Shown: positions 1 through 14,176 of the stretch, in pieces
Layout of the letters: each line of letters starts with the position of its first letter
Numbering within the stretch: the first letter of the stretch is position 1
Assembly: GCF_006345805.1 (NCBI RefSeq)
Contig: NC_043005.1
Coordinates: 7,812,001-7,876,000, forward strand
Reading direction: 5' to 3'
Origin: Octopus sinensis
Taxonomy: Eukaryota
Length of the DNA stretch: 64,000 nt
The notes under the pieces: generated by a model
Told to the model about the DNA's origin: nothing
Seen by the model: only the letters and a program-made list of their open reading frames with translations
Databases searched by the model: none
Translations under genes and position numbers: made by a program

Positions 1-716
1 TGCACTTTATCTTTAACTGTGTCATCTTCTATATTTCCTTTATCATTGATAGAAAGAAGATGAAGTTAGTCTGACACATTAGTAGGTTGATGTATTGGCT
101 CTGGTGATATCACTAATACATATCAAATTAAACTAAGTGGTATGAGATAAACGATGACTGCGATAGTATGCCATTTATAATTGCAAGTAACGAGAAGCCA
201 TAAGTGTTCATATCTGCTCTCTACCTTTTACACCATCTCGAAAGGAAAGTGGCCCACCTCTATATTTTGATGACTTGCGTTTTATAATATACATTACTAA
301 GGTCGTTTCAGTTTTTATTCAAATTAAAGAAAATATGAAAAATATAGAATCTATGAAAAATTAATTCTTAATATGCACTAGAGTTTTGGTGAACACAGAA
401 GGTATAATTGATAAAATGTCTTTGAATATTAATTTGGATAAGTATCGTTTGGACACATGCAGATTATCGTATGAATTTTAAGCCATAGATTCATTTTCGA
501 TTCCTTCTTAGTAATTTGTAATATACTGCATTGAACATTAGTATAGCTTTCCTTGCTCAAGCTGAGTGACTGGTGAATTATCTATGGAGATAAATTAGTG
601 CTGTATAATAAAAGAAAAAAAATACAGAATTTATTTTGAGGAGATGGAGTATAATATAATCGATAGCACAGTCGCCTGACAAAAGATAGAATCGTGATTC
701 CAGTCCTGCATAATGT

Positions 717-752
<36 letters not shown>

Positions 753-3066
753 TCGTTCTTTTTTTCTTTCTTACTCTTTCTTTTTCTTTCTTTTTCTTTC
801 AGATTGTTGATAACGCTTAATACCATCTAATATATAAAAAGAATTCTTGAATGAAAAAGGTACGTGAATTTAAAATCCATGTAAATTAAGCGTGTAACCT
901 TTTCCCAAGTTTCCGTTGAAACCATTTCAGTTACATCGACAATAACCGTTGAACAATTATTAACTACATAACTTTTCAGCTACTCAACCATGCAAATACA
1001 AGAGTTTGGGGAATATTTGTACTGAATTAACGTACGATCATGAGCCAAACTCGATCACTTGTGTTGCTCACATATAGCTAGTGAAACCCTGAAAGGCCGA
1101 GAGGCCGAAATTATCTCTTTTTTATTATAAAGAAGTACCAGTAAGATACAAGTTCCCGGTCAACGAATGATACACTATGTTGTCGAATTTAACTTGGACT
1201 TAATGGGGAAGTACTTACAGAGATTTAAGAGACTAAAGGATAATTTTGCAAGCAATATAGAGCTCAGCACTACTTTAACGATATTTCTTTTGCTCAATTC
1301 TGACATTGGGGCTCATGAAGGCGTCTTTCGTTGTGGAGTGTATCTCAGATTGGCCAAATGTTTAAGAAAATTTTAGTTTAGAAGTGCCAGATTATGAGAC
1401 ACTCTTAAATTTTAGAGTGTTTCAAATATTTAGAAATTAGATCTGTATGTATCCATCGTGCATGTTTATTGAGTTGTCTCCTTCGACATCTTCTTCAATT
1501 CGCGGAAGGAGTACTCCACAACTTATGAGACGTTCTGCACTTAACACTAACCAATCTGCTTTCGCTATGGCAAGATGGGCAGCTTCCCAAAATTTAGCAT
1601 TACGTCTGGTTAGATCTTCATTAACTTGCGGAATATATATCTTTCAATACACTATTGCTCCTAATGTTTGGTTCAAAGTAGTGTCCTGGGGTGTATTTGA
1701 TCTCAAAGCATGTTCAATTAGAATGAATTGCTTTTGCAAGTAAAATGCTTTCGACAGAGAAGGCCAATGTTCAATTAATCGTTGAAATTCATATATTTTC
1801 TCCACATCTAAATCGTAATAGGAGTGATGCTGAAGGTTTTTCTTTTATTTTAGTGTGCCTGTGATTAAGAGATGGACTGGCTGAACGAGAACTGACTTGG
1901 TGATGGGCACACAAAGGAAACGGCAAGCTGATAAAAACAGTTAACTTTTTAGCCTAAAGGATATAACCTTATCAAAAATCAGATATAACTATAAATGATA
2001 AAGGATAAAATAACAAACATACATAGTACGCGCAAAAGTAATCTGTGTAAATGTTCAGATTAATATATGAATACCATAGATTCTTACACCACTGTTTTAA
2101 AAATAAATGTATGTTGAAAGTGTATCGCATTTATCAGGCTTACTAATAATACCTCGCATAATATACTGCATGTGTAATATCGTGGCTAGGCAATCTGTGA
2201 GGTGCTACACTGTAAATTCTTTTGGATAGTTATTATTTCGGAGACAGCTTACATATTTATGAACTAGGAAATAAATAAATAAAAACAAACAAAATAGATT
2301 TGTATATTATTTCCTTGAAAGAAGCAAGCTAATCCCATGGTTAGGAAGTCCTCCCCTATTTCACGCTTTTGGCTAAATCTCTTGAGTGGAAATGAAACGA
2401 TTGCAATGTGGCTGCATCATATACTTTCCCCTTTGAACAAATCACCATCCTTACTATTTTCCTCGAGTGAATGCATTATGTAAGGCATGAAACGTTCCAG
2501 TATTCGTTATTCTTTTCTATTGTTTCATTCCAAATCATACGGAATTAAAAAGTTTCATGAACATACAATGTTATTTCGAATCGAAGCAGATCCATGCCTA
2601 TTAACTTCAACGGATCTCTAAGCGTATAAACGTTCGACCAATAAAGCTAAATTATGATATTTGTAATGTTCTATGAATTTTTTTTTATAAACTGCGTTGC
2701 ATGGAATATTTGGAGAATTTGGTCTTGGGCAAAAGCCAGTTTTATAACATTATATAAAGCAGCTGATTGACCTCAATAACATTGCTTGCATGGCTTATTT
2801 TCCTGAATAGCACCAATAATATGCACAAAAAGTCAGTATTGCTTTCGCTGAAAAGTAAATCGGGCATTGCTGTACGCAAACATATAATTCCAGCTTATAC
2901 TATTTATTGCAGCAGTCGAGTTACTATTGGATTTCACCAAGAAATGACAAACTCCTCAAAAGAGATATGAATAAAAGCATTATTTTCAAGAGATATGCCT
3001 AAAAGCGTTTCCGGAAATCTGTAACTTTCTTTTGAGGCAAACATGATCATATTAGTAACCAAAGCT
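1..3066 (-). pseudogene. Pseudo-exon blocks at about 3066-2310, 1832-1440 and 604-1
   Basis: For example HHSYYDLDVEKIYEFQRLIEHWPSLSKAF...GAIVY*KIYIPQVNEDLTRRNAKFWEAAHLAIAKADWLVLSAERL (one stop in about 130 codons); RILERFMPYIMHSLEENSKDGDLF; acceptor ttttcttttattatacag at about 605. Confidence 0.55.
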
Positions 3067-3178
3067 AATTATAATGAGTATTGCAATAAAAAAGTTTTTA
3101 AAAAAATGATTATAAAAAAATACTGCATAAAAAATATCTTCGATACAAATTTGATATATTTTTATATACTTTTCTCAC

Positions 3179-3484
3179 GATTGTGATAACTGCAGCTTCC
3201 ACGTTAAGGATATTTTCTATTTAATTTCACTCTCAAATTAATATTTCAACTATGACACATAGGTACTCAAGACCGCAAACTTCTGCTCCCTAATCGATAA
3301 CTTTCAATTACTATTTCTAATTATAAATGTTTTCTTTATAATGCGGGACAGCATGGCAATGAACCAACGCATTTTCTGTAAAGAACGAAGCAATATTTAG
3401 TTGGTCCTTTTGCCACCAGCTTATAATATCCACTGCACGTAAAATGTGCGGTTGTGTCTACATTTCAACTAATGTTGGCATAAC
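3179..3484 (-). pseudogene. Pseudo-exon, 306 nt, phase 0-0
   Basis: Acceptor tttcattttgtag, donor gtgaga; VMPTLVEM*TQPHILRAVDIISWWQKDQLNIASFFTENALVHCHAVPHYKE... with several stops. Confidence 0.55.
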
Positions 3485-4024
3485 CTACAAAATGAAATAA
3501 TAAAACAAACAACCAACCAGTTTTATTAATTGCATTTACGTATGTGAAGGATACAAGAGAAGAATAGAATTTATGATAAAATGTTCGCATTGAACCTTCT
3601 TTAAAATGATTAAATTTCTATTAACTTTCAGCACATGAAATACCTCAAAAAACAAATAAATGAAACAAAAAGATTAATTGATGTTTCATGATACCCAAAT
3701 CAAAAACGATAATTACAATCTAATAATAAATGCTATGTTCACCTCGCTTGTTCAATTAACATAGGAAATATATTTAATTAAACAGCTAAGTTAGCACAAT
3801 GCCAACAACAAAAGAAAAAGAGTGTGTTGCTAATTAAGCTCTTATGGAATAATGCATCCAAAGAAACACAATTTCAGCAATTCTCCAGTATCCTCTCTTT
3901 TAGCATAGACTAAAATGCTAAGATAAAATTACAAAATATTTTACTTTTTCATTTTTTAACTAAGAAAGTGGCACAGAAGACAGAATACAAGCGATCTGAT
4001 ACTTGCCTGATTATCTGGTCGTGC

Positions 4025-4044
4025 CAAGAATATTGTTATTGTTG

Positions 4045-4120
<76 letters not shown>

Positions 4121-4187
4121 CATTATTATTATTATTATCATTAGCAACAACAGCAATGATAATAATAATAATAATAATAATAGCAAA

Positions 4188-4270
<83 letters not shown>

Positions 4271-4307
4271 TGATGATAATAATAATAATAATAATATAAT
4301 AATAATA

Positions 4308-4340
<33 letters not shown>

Positions 4341-4365
4341 TAATAATAATAATGATAATAATAAT
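4025..4365. repeat. (TTA)n followed by (TAA)n microsatellites
   Basis: Direct reading. Confidence 0.95.
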
Positions 4366-5345
4366 GCAAAACAGTCTGGGATGGCACGTCAAACAACAGA
4401 TTGAAACTTTCGATGTTGCTGCTAGAAATAGCAACACAATAATTAGTAAAAACGTGACACACTCAAAAGAACATTTAAGAAACAGTATGAACAAAGATTG
4501 AATAACTGGAAAGTAGAAGCGATGCACGGGCAATACTTCAGAGTAATGGGAAGATCATTATGAAATCAACATCTGGAGGAGGTTAAGGAAAAGTGGTCTG
4601 AAAAGATGCAGTGTGGGATTGATATGCAGCGTTTAGGAACAGGCTCTGAGAACTAATTATACACTTAGTTCCGAATAGGTAAGAGTAGTGAATCGCCCTT
4701 TTGTAGAATGTGTGGCAGCAAAAACGAAACAGTCGTCTCATATATTGTGAGTGAGTGTAGCAAATTGGCTGATAAAGAATACAAAAGGAGACATGCTAAC
4801 GTAGCTAGGTATGTTCATTGGAGGTTGTGTGAGAAGTACGGTCTTGGAAGGACACTGAAATAGTAAAGCATAAACCAGAAAGTGTCACCGAGAATAATGA
4901 GTATAATATCGTGTGCGATTTTACTTTGTGATTCAGTGATTGATGCTCTGAGACCAGACACTGTTGTAAACGAAAGGAGGAAGGAAATCAAGTTCATAGG
5001 TATTGCCATAACTTGGGATGCACAAGTGGATGATAAAAAACTGGAAAAGATTGAGAAGCTCGCGCCACTAAAATATAAGATTGCACGAATGACGAATGAA
5101 GGCAATGAAGAAAGGTATTCATTCGGAGCCTTAAAAATCAGGTTTGAGAAATTTGTTGGAGAAATTGGGATTGGCATGAAGGTAGAACATTGCTTTATTG
5201 GGGACAGCGAGGATTTTGAGATCGGTACTGGATGTTAAGTACAGCAGAAAGTGACATCGAGAGACCTTTAACAATAGGTTGTTGTCTGCTCTTACAGAAT
5301 TAACCAGAGCAAGTGAAATCGAGAGCCCTAAGAAGTGAAATGCCA
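4366..5345 (+). mobile_element. 5'-truncated R4/Dong-like non-LTR retrotransposon (RLE clade), degenerate
   Basis: WKVEAMHGQY; zinc knuckle CRMCGSKNETVS...SECSKLADKEYKRRHANVARYVHWRLCEKYGL; RPD-type endonuclease RPDTVV...KLEKIEK; flanked by (AAT)n repeats. Confidence 0.8.
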
Positions 5346-5559
5346 ATAACAATGATAATAACAATGGTTTCAACTTTTTGGCACATGGCTAGCAATTCTG
5401 GGGGATTGGGTAAGTCGATTACATAAACCCTAGACTCATCTGGTACTAATTTTATCGACCCCGAAAGGATGAAAGGCAAGGTCAACTTTGATCTTCGGAA
5501 TGGAAGTATTCCAACATGGTGGAATACGAATAAGATGACCTTTATTGTAATATACAAGC

Positions 5560-6600
5560 AGAAAGGTGCTGAAGTCTCAAACCAATAACTTGCTTGCCCC
5601 TACTATGGAAACTGTTTAAAAGTATGTCTGTGGATAATATTTGTGTACATTTAGAGGAATACAACCTACTCTCGAATGAACAGAATGTGTGCCTGAGAAA
5701 TTGAAGAGGGACGAAAGAATAGTTAGTAACTAACAAAATAACTATAGGAAACTGCAAGAGATGATAAGCTTAGCAGTGGGGATAACTGAATAAAAATAAA
5801 AACACATGACAGGGTCTCCCAGTAAGAATGAAAAGGAACTGCTCACCTATATCAGTACTGTGAGCATTTAGCTATAAGACGAGAATGAACTATGTATTTC
5901 CTAGTGTGGAGCCTTTGTGATGAAAAAGGAGACATCATAAAAGTGATGGAATATATCTACTGAACGATAAGAATAAACAGGAGATCGATACAAATGATGG
6001 ACATAAATATCTGAGAGTCCCGGAAGCTGATGCTATAAAAGATAGAACATTGGCAAATATAGTAAAGAAAGAATATTACCGAGAAGAAAATCCAAGCTCA
6101 ATGGGATAAATGATATTCCTGCTCAAGAGCCGTATAGTGCCGGATTAATTAAGTGAACAAAAGAATACCGTGAGAAAGGAGATTGCTGGCTGTCTATAAG
6201 GCCTAACACTCATAGGTAGATGTTGATAAATGGTATTTCGGTAGAAAGAATGGAGGAAGAGTATTAATAAGCGTAAAAAAGAAAAAAAACCTGTATGGAA
6301 GTATAGAGAGGTTAATGAAGTGCGTTGCTGAGAGCAAAGAGGATCTTTTGATAGCAGTAAAAAGAGAGGATATAGGAACGGCTGCAAAAAGTTTGAATGA
6401 TTGGTTGAGAATGTTACATACCCTGATTCCACAGAATACCTATTTGCTTGGCACTGTAAGGTTTATAAGAAAGGTACTTGACCCTACTGCTGCAGGACAC
6501 AGCTCTATATCTAACAATCTAATAAAGGAAGAAGAAAAACGAAATGGCGAGTGAATGAAAGTAACAACAAAAACATCACCATGAACAGCAAGAATAATAA
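5560..6600 (+). mobile_element. Second R4/Dong-like fragment (RT thumb region joined to C-terminus), heavily degenerate
   Basis: HKYLRVPEADAIKD...VKKEYYR; LYGSIE; C-terminal LLGTVRFIRKVLD; AAT-like tail. Confidence 0.55.
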
Positions 6601-7076
6601 TACCTTGATTGAAAAACAACGTGGTCATGGAACCATGCGTCACCATTAAAAGCAAAATAAACCCGATAATATTGCCAAGACTAGATCGATATTGACAAAG
6701 TAAGAAAGTGATATTAGTAGGCTTTCAGTAAGTTAAATTGATAATTTTGTTTTGACTTGCAGCTGGTTGTTGTATACAAAATTTATTGTTTAAATATACA
6801 CACGTGTAAATGAGAAACAGTAAGGATGTTGGACAAATATTAATAAAAAATCTGGATATAAATAAGACAAGGCGGAAACGATCCCAGTAAATTCAACTTT
6901 ACAAGTTATTAATATATACACAATGCATTGTTTAAATAATGATCAACAAGTGCAAGGAAGAAGGGAACATTTGGTGCAAAAAACAAAACAAAACAATAAG
7001 AACTTAAAAATAAACCAACACTACTTAAAAGTACTTCAACTCTATTCAGGGATAAAACTTACTGTTCGAACAACAG

Positions 7077-7137
<61 letters not shown>

Positions 7138-7208
7138 ATTTTTTTTTATATATATATTTTTATATAATGATAAATCTCAGAGCGAGTTATAAACAGTAGC
7201 GGTAACAC

Positions 7209-7664
7209 ATCGTGACGCATATTTGCCATTTGAATATGGCTAACCCTTAAAGGTGGATGCTACTGTAGTTTGTAGCCCTAGGAAGATATCTCCTCCAGCT
7301 GGCTATAGACACACTATCTGTGTCCTGTCAGTATTTGTGAAGGGGAGTCATCCTCCCCGTCTTCAACACATGATACACACGTACCCGAGTTTCAAGGTGT
7401 TTATCTTTCATCAGCGTGTGACAATCATGGTTGTCGACGAGAAGTCAGCTCCCTTCACAAATACATATACTTTTTCCAGTGTCGATTGACACTGATATTG
7501 AAGTGAGTTGAAGACGGGGGGGATGACTCCCCTTCACAAATACTTAGAGGACACAGATAGTGTGTCTATAGCCAGCTGGAGGAGATATCTTCCTGGGGCT
7601 ACAAACTACAGTAGCATCCACCCTTAGGGGTTAGCCATATTCAAATGGCAAATATGCGTCACGA

Positions 7665-7665
<1 letters not shown>
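7209..7665. mobile_element. Fold-back MITE with about 159-bp TIRs
   Basis: 7209-7367 is the reverse complement of 7507-7665 with a few mismatches. Confidence 0.85.
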
Positions 7666-7707
<42 letters not shown>

Positions 7708-7869
7708 GTATATATATGACAGAAAGTATATATATATATATAAATGTATATATATGACAGAAAGTATATATATATATATATAAATGTATATATATGACAG
7801 AAAGTAGTTCAGTAAGTAACCAGGATTGATATGGACATGATTACAAATGTCCCCGGACATGATCACTAA

Positions 7870-8824
7870 CGCGGTCTTAAAAAGTCAATATTACCATCTA
7901 TGTTAACATCACTGTTTGCTATGATTAAGAGAACAGTTCCGAAATGTAGAAACAGAATGTATCTACCCAGGTGGGTGAATGAACCGAAATATTTGTTTGG
8001 CAGTAGCACGAAGTGGAATGTATATCATAGCTATCTTGAATGTACAAGATATCTCTGCCTGTATAGGATATGTTCATTTATCAAGTTGCCAGTGTTTGGT
8101 TCTGAAGTCTGCATTACAATAATGATTAATTGACTATCCAAGATATTCTGGCAGAAGTATTCCCAATATTTTCTCTTAATCTGTTGATCTAGAACTTCGA
8201 CACAGACATATTATAACTTGTAACCAATGTTTCACGTGAGCAACAGATGAAAAACATATGGAGTCAATAAATGAAGAATACATAAGAATCTTAGCAATTC
8301 TTCATTATTTTGTAATTCAATAAAATTCTTTCTGAGCACAAATTCTGTAAATTTTCTCCCGGATATTCTTACTCTCACTTTCTGTCTATCTTCTGTCAGT
8401 CTTCCTCCAGTCATCATGCCATTTGTCTCCTCACGCGCGCGTGTGTGTATGAGTTTACATTCAAACAATGATGCAGACAGAAATAATGAAAATTTTATAA
8501 CTGAAAATCCGGTCATACGTACAAAGGAATGAAATAAACCGTTAGGAATGTCGACAGCTTTATCTTTTTTAATGTTCCCAAGAAAGCAGAGAACAATATC
8601 CACAGCATTTGCAGCTAACACTTCCAGGGTAGTGAAGAGGGAGGGCAACATTTATGACCTTTGTAGGTCACACTCCTTGGCTCGCCTAAGAAACATGTTT
8701 ATTGCTACATTAGCCAATACGTCCTTCTTTCTTCCAGACAGTCGTGTGATATGGCAGCTATTTCTAGTAACTCCAAACGAGAGCTCCTTTCGTTGCTTCA
8801 AAACCAACTGGTATATTCGGCCTA
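7870..8824 (-). pseudogene. Large pseudo-exon; contains listed ORF 8232..8651
   Basis: VGRIYQLVLKQRKELSFGVTRNSCHITRL...QRS*MLPSLFTTLEVLAANAVDIVLCFLG...LLT*NIGYKL*YVCVEVLDQQIKRKYWEYFCQNILDSQLIIIVMQTSEPNTGNL; roughly 270 codons with few stops; acceptor catgtttag. Confidence 0.6.
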
Positions 8825-9595
8825 CTAAACATGAAGGAGTCAGTTATATATTCGGGTTAGTTCTTCAACTTATGCTTCTAACTATACAGGAAACATCATC
8901 ACAATATATTATATACTTTAATTACATCATATGCGTTTTTGTGTTTTATTTTACTTCTTTTAAAAGTGTTTTAATCAATATGTTATTATCATTCGTTATT
9001 TTCCCCCTCTTAATTGTATATTCTTCCCATATTTTCAATATAAGTGAACTCGTAAAGGAGGTAAATGAAATAAGAACGGATCAAATATTTCTCGGTTTTC
9101 ACTTTTGTCATTCTCCTTTCTAGATTCATCACTCATTCAACACTATACACACTGTATGCCAGTCATCCACCGCAGTCAGTTTTAAATTGAGTGAATATCT
9201 ATATTATTGATAAGCAGTGATTAGGTTCGCAATATAAATTTTTAGTTGGGTCGAGCCTTTGTGTGTTCTGGCTGCACCGGACATTATGTACTGCATTTGG
9301 TGTTTACAGTTTGTACTTCCGCTTTTCAGATCTTGTGTGTGTATGATTGAAGTTGATTTATCGATTTATTAGGGGCCACTCAACCGAGCTTATGACCTAC
9401 TATGGATGATGGATCAAGCGTGTGTGAGATGAATTTATGTAGGGTATACTTAAACGCTTCATAGCACGTTCCTACTTTCTACTTTCTCTTAATATTGAGT
9501 TAAGTAACCGAGTTCTTCGAAAACCAGAGATCTTACAATATATCATTTTTCTTTCTATATAATTGTACATAAATTATTTTTATTTATTTCACTAC

Positions 9596-10480
9596 CTTAG
9601 CAGTTTGTATCACTTTTGACAATTTAACTTCATCCGTTAACTGAGAACCCAGGCAGACTACTTCATCATCTAAATTTGATAGAATGGTGATAAATTAGAG
9701 AAGTGCGAGATCAATACTTCATTCAATATTTGTTCTCGTCAAGACAGGCTTCAAACTGCAGGGATGTGCTACACAGCTTTGTTCAGCACCAAAACGACAT
9801 TGAATGATACTGAGGAAGTTGTTAATCATCATCGGGGAGTTATCAGTTTTCTTACAGAGCCATTCGTTCCGGTATATTGGTTTTTGTGCGAGGTGATGGA
9901 TATAAGCCTATAAATACTGAATTGTGCTTTGCCTTCCTCTTCATAAATGAGGATTCTTTTCACCAAATGTTCGAAATGTCTCAGTATCCAGTGTTTGAAA
10001 AGAATTTTTCAAAACATTTGCTAGGGAATTCTTGCATGATTTATATATAGAATGATGGCTAGAATAAAGCTAGCTCAGGAGCTGGTTTTTACGAAATAAA
10101 TAGAATCATTTTACGGTGAGGGTTGTGTGGGTGAGGAAACTACTCGTATTACTTTCTTGCCTCTATAAAACAAGCGATTTTATGTATTTGTTTTGATAAT
10201 ATTGTATATCTCCTATGTATAATTACTGCATGATCCATCTTGATATTGTAGTTATCTGAGCTGACATTCTGTGAACGTAGGCTACATATAAAGAGGTTTA
10301 GGGTTAGCTTTAATTTCTTTCATATCATCGTACGTTCTTTAAGAGATTGTCCGTTGAATTTCTGTTCGTCGTGTTTCTTGTCTTTTTAACAAACAGATGG
10401 AATAGTAGGATTTCATGCATCTGTAGATTGAATGCGTAAATAAAAGTGGCGTGTGTTACAGCACCCCGTAAGACAAAGTA
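9596..10480 (-). pseudogene. Large pseudo-exon
   Basis: Ends ...LDDEVVCLGSQLTDEVKLSKVIQTAK at donor AAG/gtagtg; upstream frame TFGEKNPHL*RGRQSTIQYL*AYIHHLAQKPIYRNEWLCKK...; stops and at least one frameshift. Confidence 0.55.
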
Positions 10481-10584
10481 CAGCTTGATATCGTAGGAAA
10501 TAAAGAAGGTGGTTATGTAATATACTTTTAACATGTTATATATATGTAAAATTATATATATATGTATGTATGTATGCATGCATG

Positions 10585-10617
<33 letters not shown>

Positions 10618-10622
10618 GTATA

Positions 10623-10686
<64 letters not shown>

Positions 10687-10696
10687 TATATATATA

Positions 10697-11071
10697 TAAA
10701 ACATTATTGGTGAATTGAAGAAATGGAGCTGAACGCAGATTGAACAGAAATCGTTTTATTTCATTCTACACGTGTTTCGAAAGGCACAAATTACCAAAAT
10801 CCGATTGAATAATGGGACCATATTGTGTCTTTCTCTTCAGTTTCGCCATGGGCTCTTAGGAGCACAGTTCGATTTGTTTTTTGCTCCGCCTCTGTTCTGT
10901 TTTTCCAACGGATTTCCTTTTTTCTTCCTGAAGAGAAAGACACAATATGGTCCCATTATTCAATCGGATTTTGGTAATTTGTGCCTTTCGAAACACGTGT
11001 AGAATGAAATAAAACGATTTCTGTTCAATCTGCGTTCAGCTCCATTTCTTCAATTCACCAATAATGTTTTA
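10697..11071. repeat. Perfect 144-bp inverted repeat with 87-bp spacer
   Basis: 10697-10840 is the exact reverse complement of 10928-11071 (checked base by base). Confidence 0.95.
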
Positions 11072-11254
11072 ATTTCAATTATCCGCACCAACGCACGGTT
11101 GCAACGCCAGATGGTTGTACCTCCAACCGTGCTGTTTACTGCTGTGTTTTTTGCTACTAAGGTATCGGTTAAACTTTTGATTAATCTACTACAAGATTAT
11201 TCATCTTTCTATTTCACATAATATATATATATATATAGATATATATATATATAT

Positions 11255-11306
<52 letters not shown>

Positions 11307-11879
11307 TTAGTTAAATATATTCAATGAGAATATTATATACTGAATTTATACTGAGTGATATATTGTATCAAAGTATTAATACTATTAAAGTATTTATATA
11401 ATACGAGCGATTATATGTATTTTATAATATATTATTATTAATATAAAGAAATCAATACGTAAAATAATTGTATTAAAAATATAAATATATATAGATATAT
11501 GTAAAAATATATAAGTATAAATATGTAATGTATATAACAGTTTTAAAGTTTTGAATTAGGTTTTTAGAGCATCTTACAATCGTTTCACAGAGGTGCTGTC
11601 CCTATAATGAAATCTTATATTGATAAGCATTTATAGACAACTCTTCTACTCTTCAGAGATATAAAATTTGAATTTTGTATAATATATCGAATGGTAGTTT
11701 TTAAATATGAAGTAATACTATAAAATGGTTTTTGTTTGAAATATAAATTAAAAATTATTGATTTTGATTTTGGTAAATACACTTTAGTATGAGAGTCTTC
11801 AAACAAGCACCATTTTATAGTATTATACTAATATATCTATAAGGCACTAAAAGAGAATGATTCTCCCCACACACAACAG

Positions 11880-11913
<34 letters not shown>

Positions 11914-12190
11914 AATATATACGTGACAAGTGAAAAAATATTTTTACGTTTATGCAAAACATTTTACGCGTGTTTCGTTTAACAATAATATTTGTTATAT
12001 AAAGAAACCATTACAAGCTCGTTATATCATGAAATCAAGTACATATCTAACTTAAATATCTTTAATTTATATAATGGACGACATGGGCCAATATATGATA
12101 TCAACAAACATAACTACTACAGAAGTAATGACTGTGTTAAGAAATGGCTAGAATGGACCTTCCACGCTGTAATTGCCATAATATATGCAA

Positions 12191-12223
<33 letters not shown>

Positions 12224-12229
12224 CATAAC

Positions 12230-12830
12230 ATGCGCAAAAGGGACAAAAACGCAGAAGCACAAAAATGAGATAACCGTATCAAACTTCGTGGAATTAACAG
12301 AGAAGATATCGACCACATCATAAGCAGTTGCTCGAAAATGTCATTACGGTAAAATCTACAGATGAGACATGATGTTGTAGCTGAGTCACTGTATAATGAG
12401 ATCCATTAGAATGAAAACCCAAAGAAATAAGAAGCCATAGCCACTTATAATAAGGAGTACTAGTGGCATGTCCAAATGTAAACCTCCATAATATGTTAAC
12501 GTAATGGATTTGACATAGTGATTTGGGACAGAAAAGGGAAACTGTGTACAGTTGTGGAAATCAGCTGCCCAGCGGATGTAAGCATAAAGCGAGAAGAAAA
12601 TACCTAATCTGAACTATTAAGAAATCTACAGTTACTCTACCCAGATTGTAAGCTCGGGTTTATACCTGCAATTATTGGGACACTGGGATATGCAACACAC
12701 TGCCTTCAGTACCAATCGTGAAAAATTAGGCTTCTGAAACCAGAAAGGGGAAAGCTGATTCGAAGACTACAGATCCAAGCTAATACTGGAACTGTAAACA
12801 TCTGTAAAACTCTCCAGAAGTTTAGCATTT
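12230..12830 (+). mobile_element. RLE-type non-LTR retrotransposon 3' end (R4-like), degenerate
   Basis: EDIDHIISSCSKM...RHDVVA; FDIVIWDRKGKLCTVVEISCPAD; LLRNLQLLYPD...IIGTLGY; KLIRRLQIQANTGTVNICK. Confidence 0.8.
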
Positions 12831-13270
12831 AAGTATGTATGCACACGCCTAGACTTGCGACTATATGCATGAAAATACATATATAAAACAAAACATACAG
12901 ATCTGCGCATGCACTGACTCCAGATACTGTAAATATACACATAAATATGCACAAAAAAGCTGTTGATGCTGCTGAAATTCCAATGAAGGAGTCTTGCATG
13001 TAGGTTAGTAGCCGGCTTTTTCTCTATTGAAAATCTTGAAGAGATACATAGATAAAAACATGCATACGTACAAACACGCATAGAAACACAGAACCATACA
13101 TACTAACGTATATACATACATACGTACAGAAAAGATGTAGAGAATGACACACACATTGGAATATAAATCTGCCATATTTGTGACTGTGAAACATATTTAA
13201 GGTGCTTTATTTCTGGGACAGATGCTGCATATATCTTCTTATGTTGTACCATACACACATATATGTATAA

Positions 13271-13303
<33 letters not shown>

Positions 13304-13396
13304 CAATGTGTATGTTTATATCATATATATATGCATGTGTATATATATATATATCAATGTATATATATATATAAATAAATATATATATATATATCA

Positions 13397-13464
<68 letters not shown>

Positions 13465-13853
13465 ATGTATATATATATACGTAAATAGGCCTGCAGTTTT
13501 GTACTCTCTGAGCAACCATAAATATTTCCACGAATCCACTTGAAGTTTATATTTATTAATATATACATTTTGCTGTCACTTTATTTGTGCCCACAGGGGG
13601 AAAGTATGGCTCCCATACTGTCTAAGGGTGTAGCTCAGGGTTCTTTCTATTCTTCTGATTAATTTGACAAACCTACTCAAGTACATTGCTTGTAATTATT
13701 TTATGGGCTCCCAAAGGATATCAATGTCATGTCACTAGCAAACTATTCTAATATAATTAACGCAGACTTTTCCATAAGGGCAAACACACAGAGAGATTGG
13801 TATACAAAACTATATATATATATATACAGACATATATACATACACATACATAT

Positions 13854-13944
<91 letters not shown>

Positions 13945-14127
13945 AATATACACGTACAGATTATACAAGCATGCATACACATCACATGACTGTGTATGCG
14001 TGTGTACTCTTTTAAAGTTTTACACGCATATTTGTGTATGTGTGTGTGTATATATACACATATGCATATGCATATATTTATACCGAACTTATATGTACAT
14101 ATGCACACACATATGTACGGATGTGTG

Positions 14128-14176
<49 letters not shown>

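Noticed and set aside
3956-4533. Long ORFs of poly-I/L/Y (also 46777-47603, 47809-48574, 21949-22509 and many YI/HT/CV ORFs)
   Set aside because: Translations of microsatellites.
8548-9123. 191-aa plus-strand ORF (likewise 1447-1743 and 2767-2970)
   Set aside because: Best explained as antisense shadows of the minus-strand pseudo-exons.
1440-10480. In-frame TGA stops at plausible Trp positions, suggesting A-to-I rescue, selenocysteine or an alternative genetic code
   Set aside because: TAA and TAG stops, frameshifts and retroposon insertions inside exons also occur; ordinary pseudogene decay explains them.
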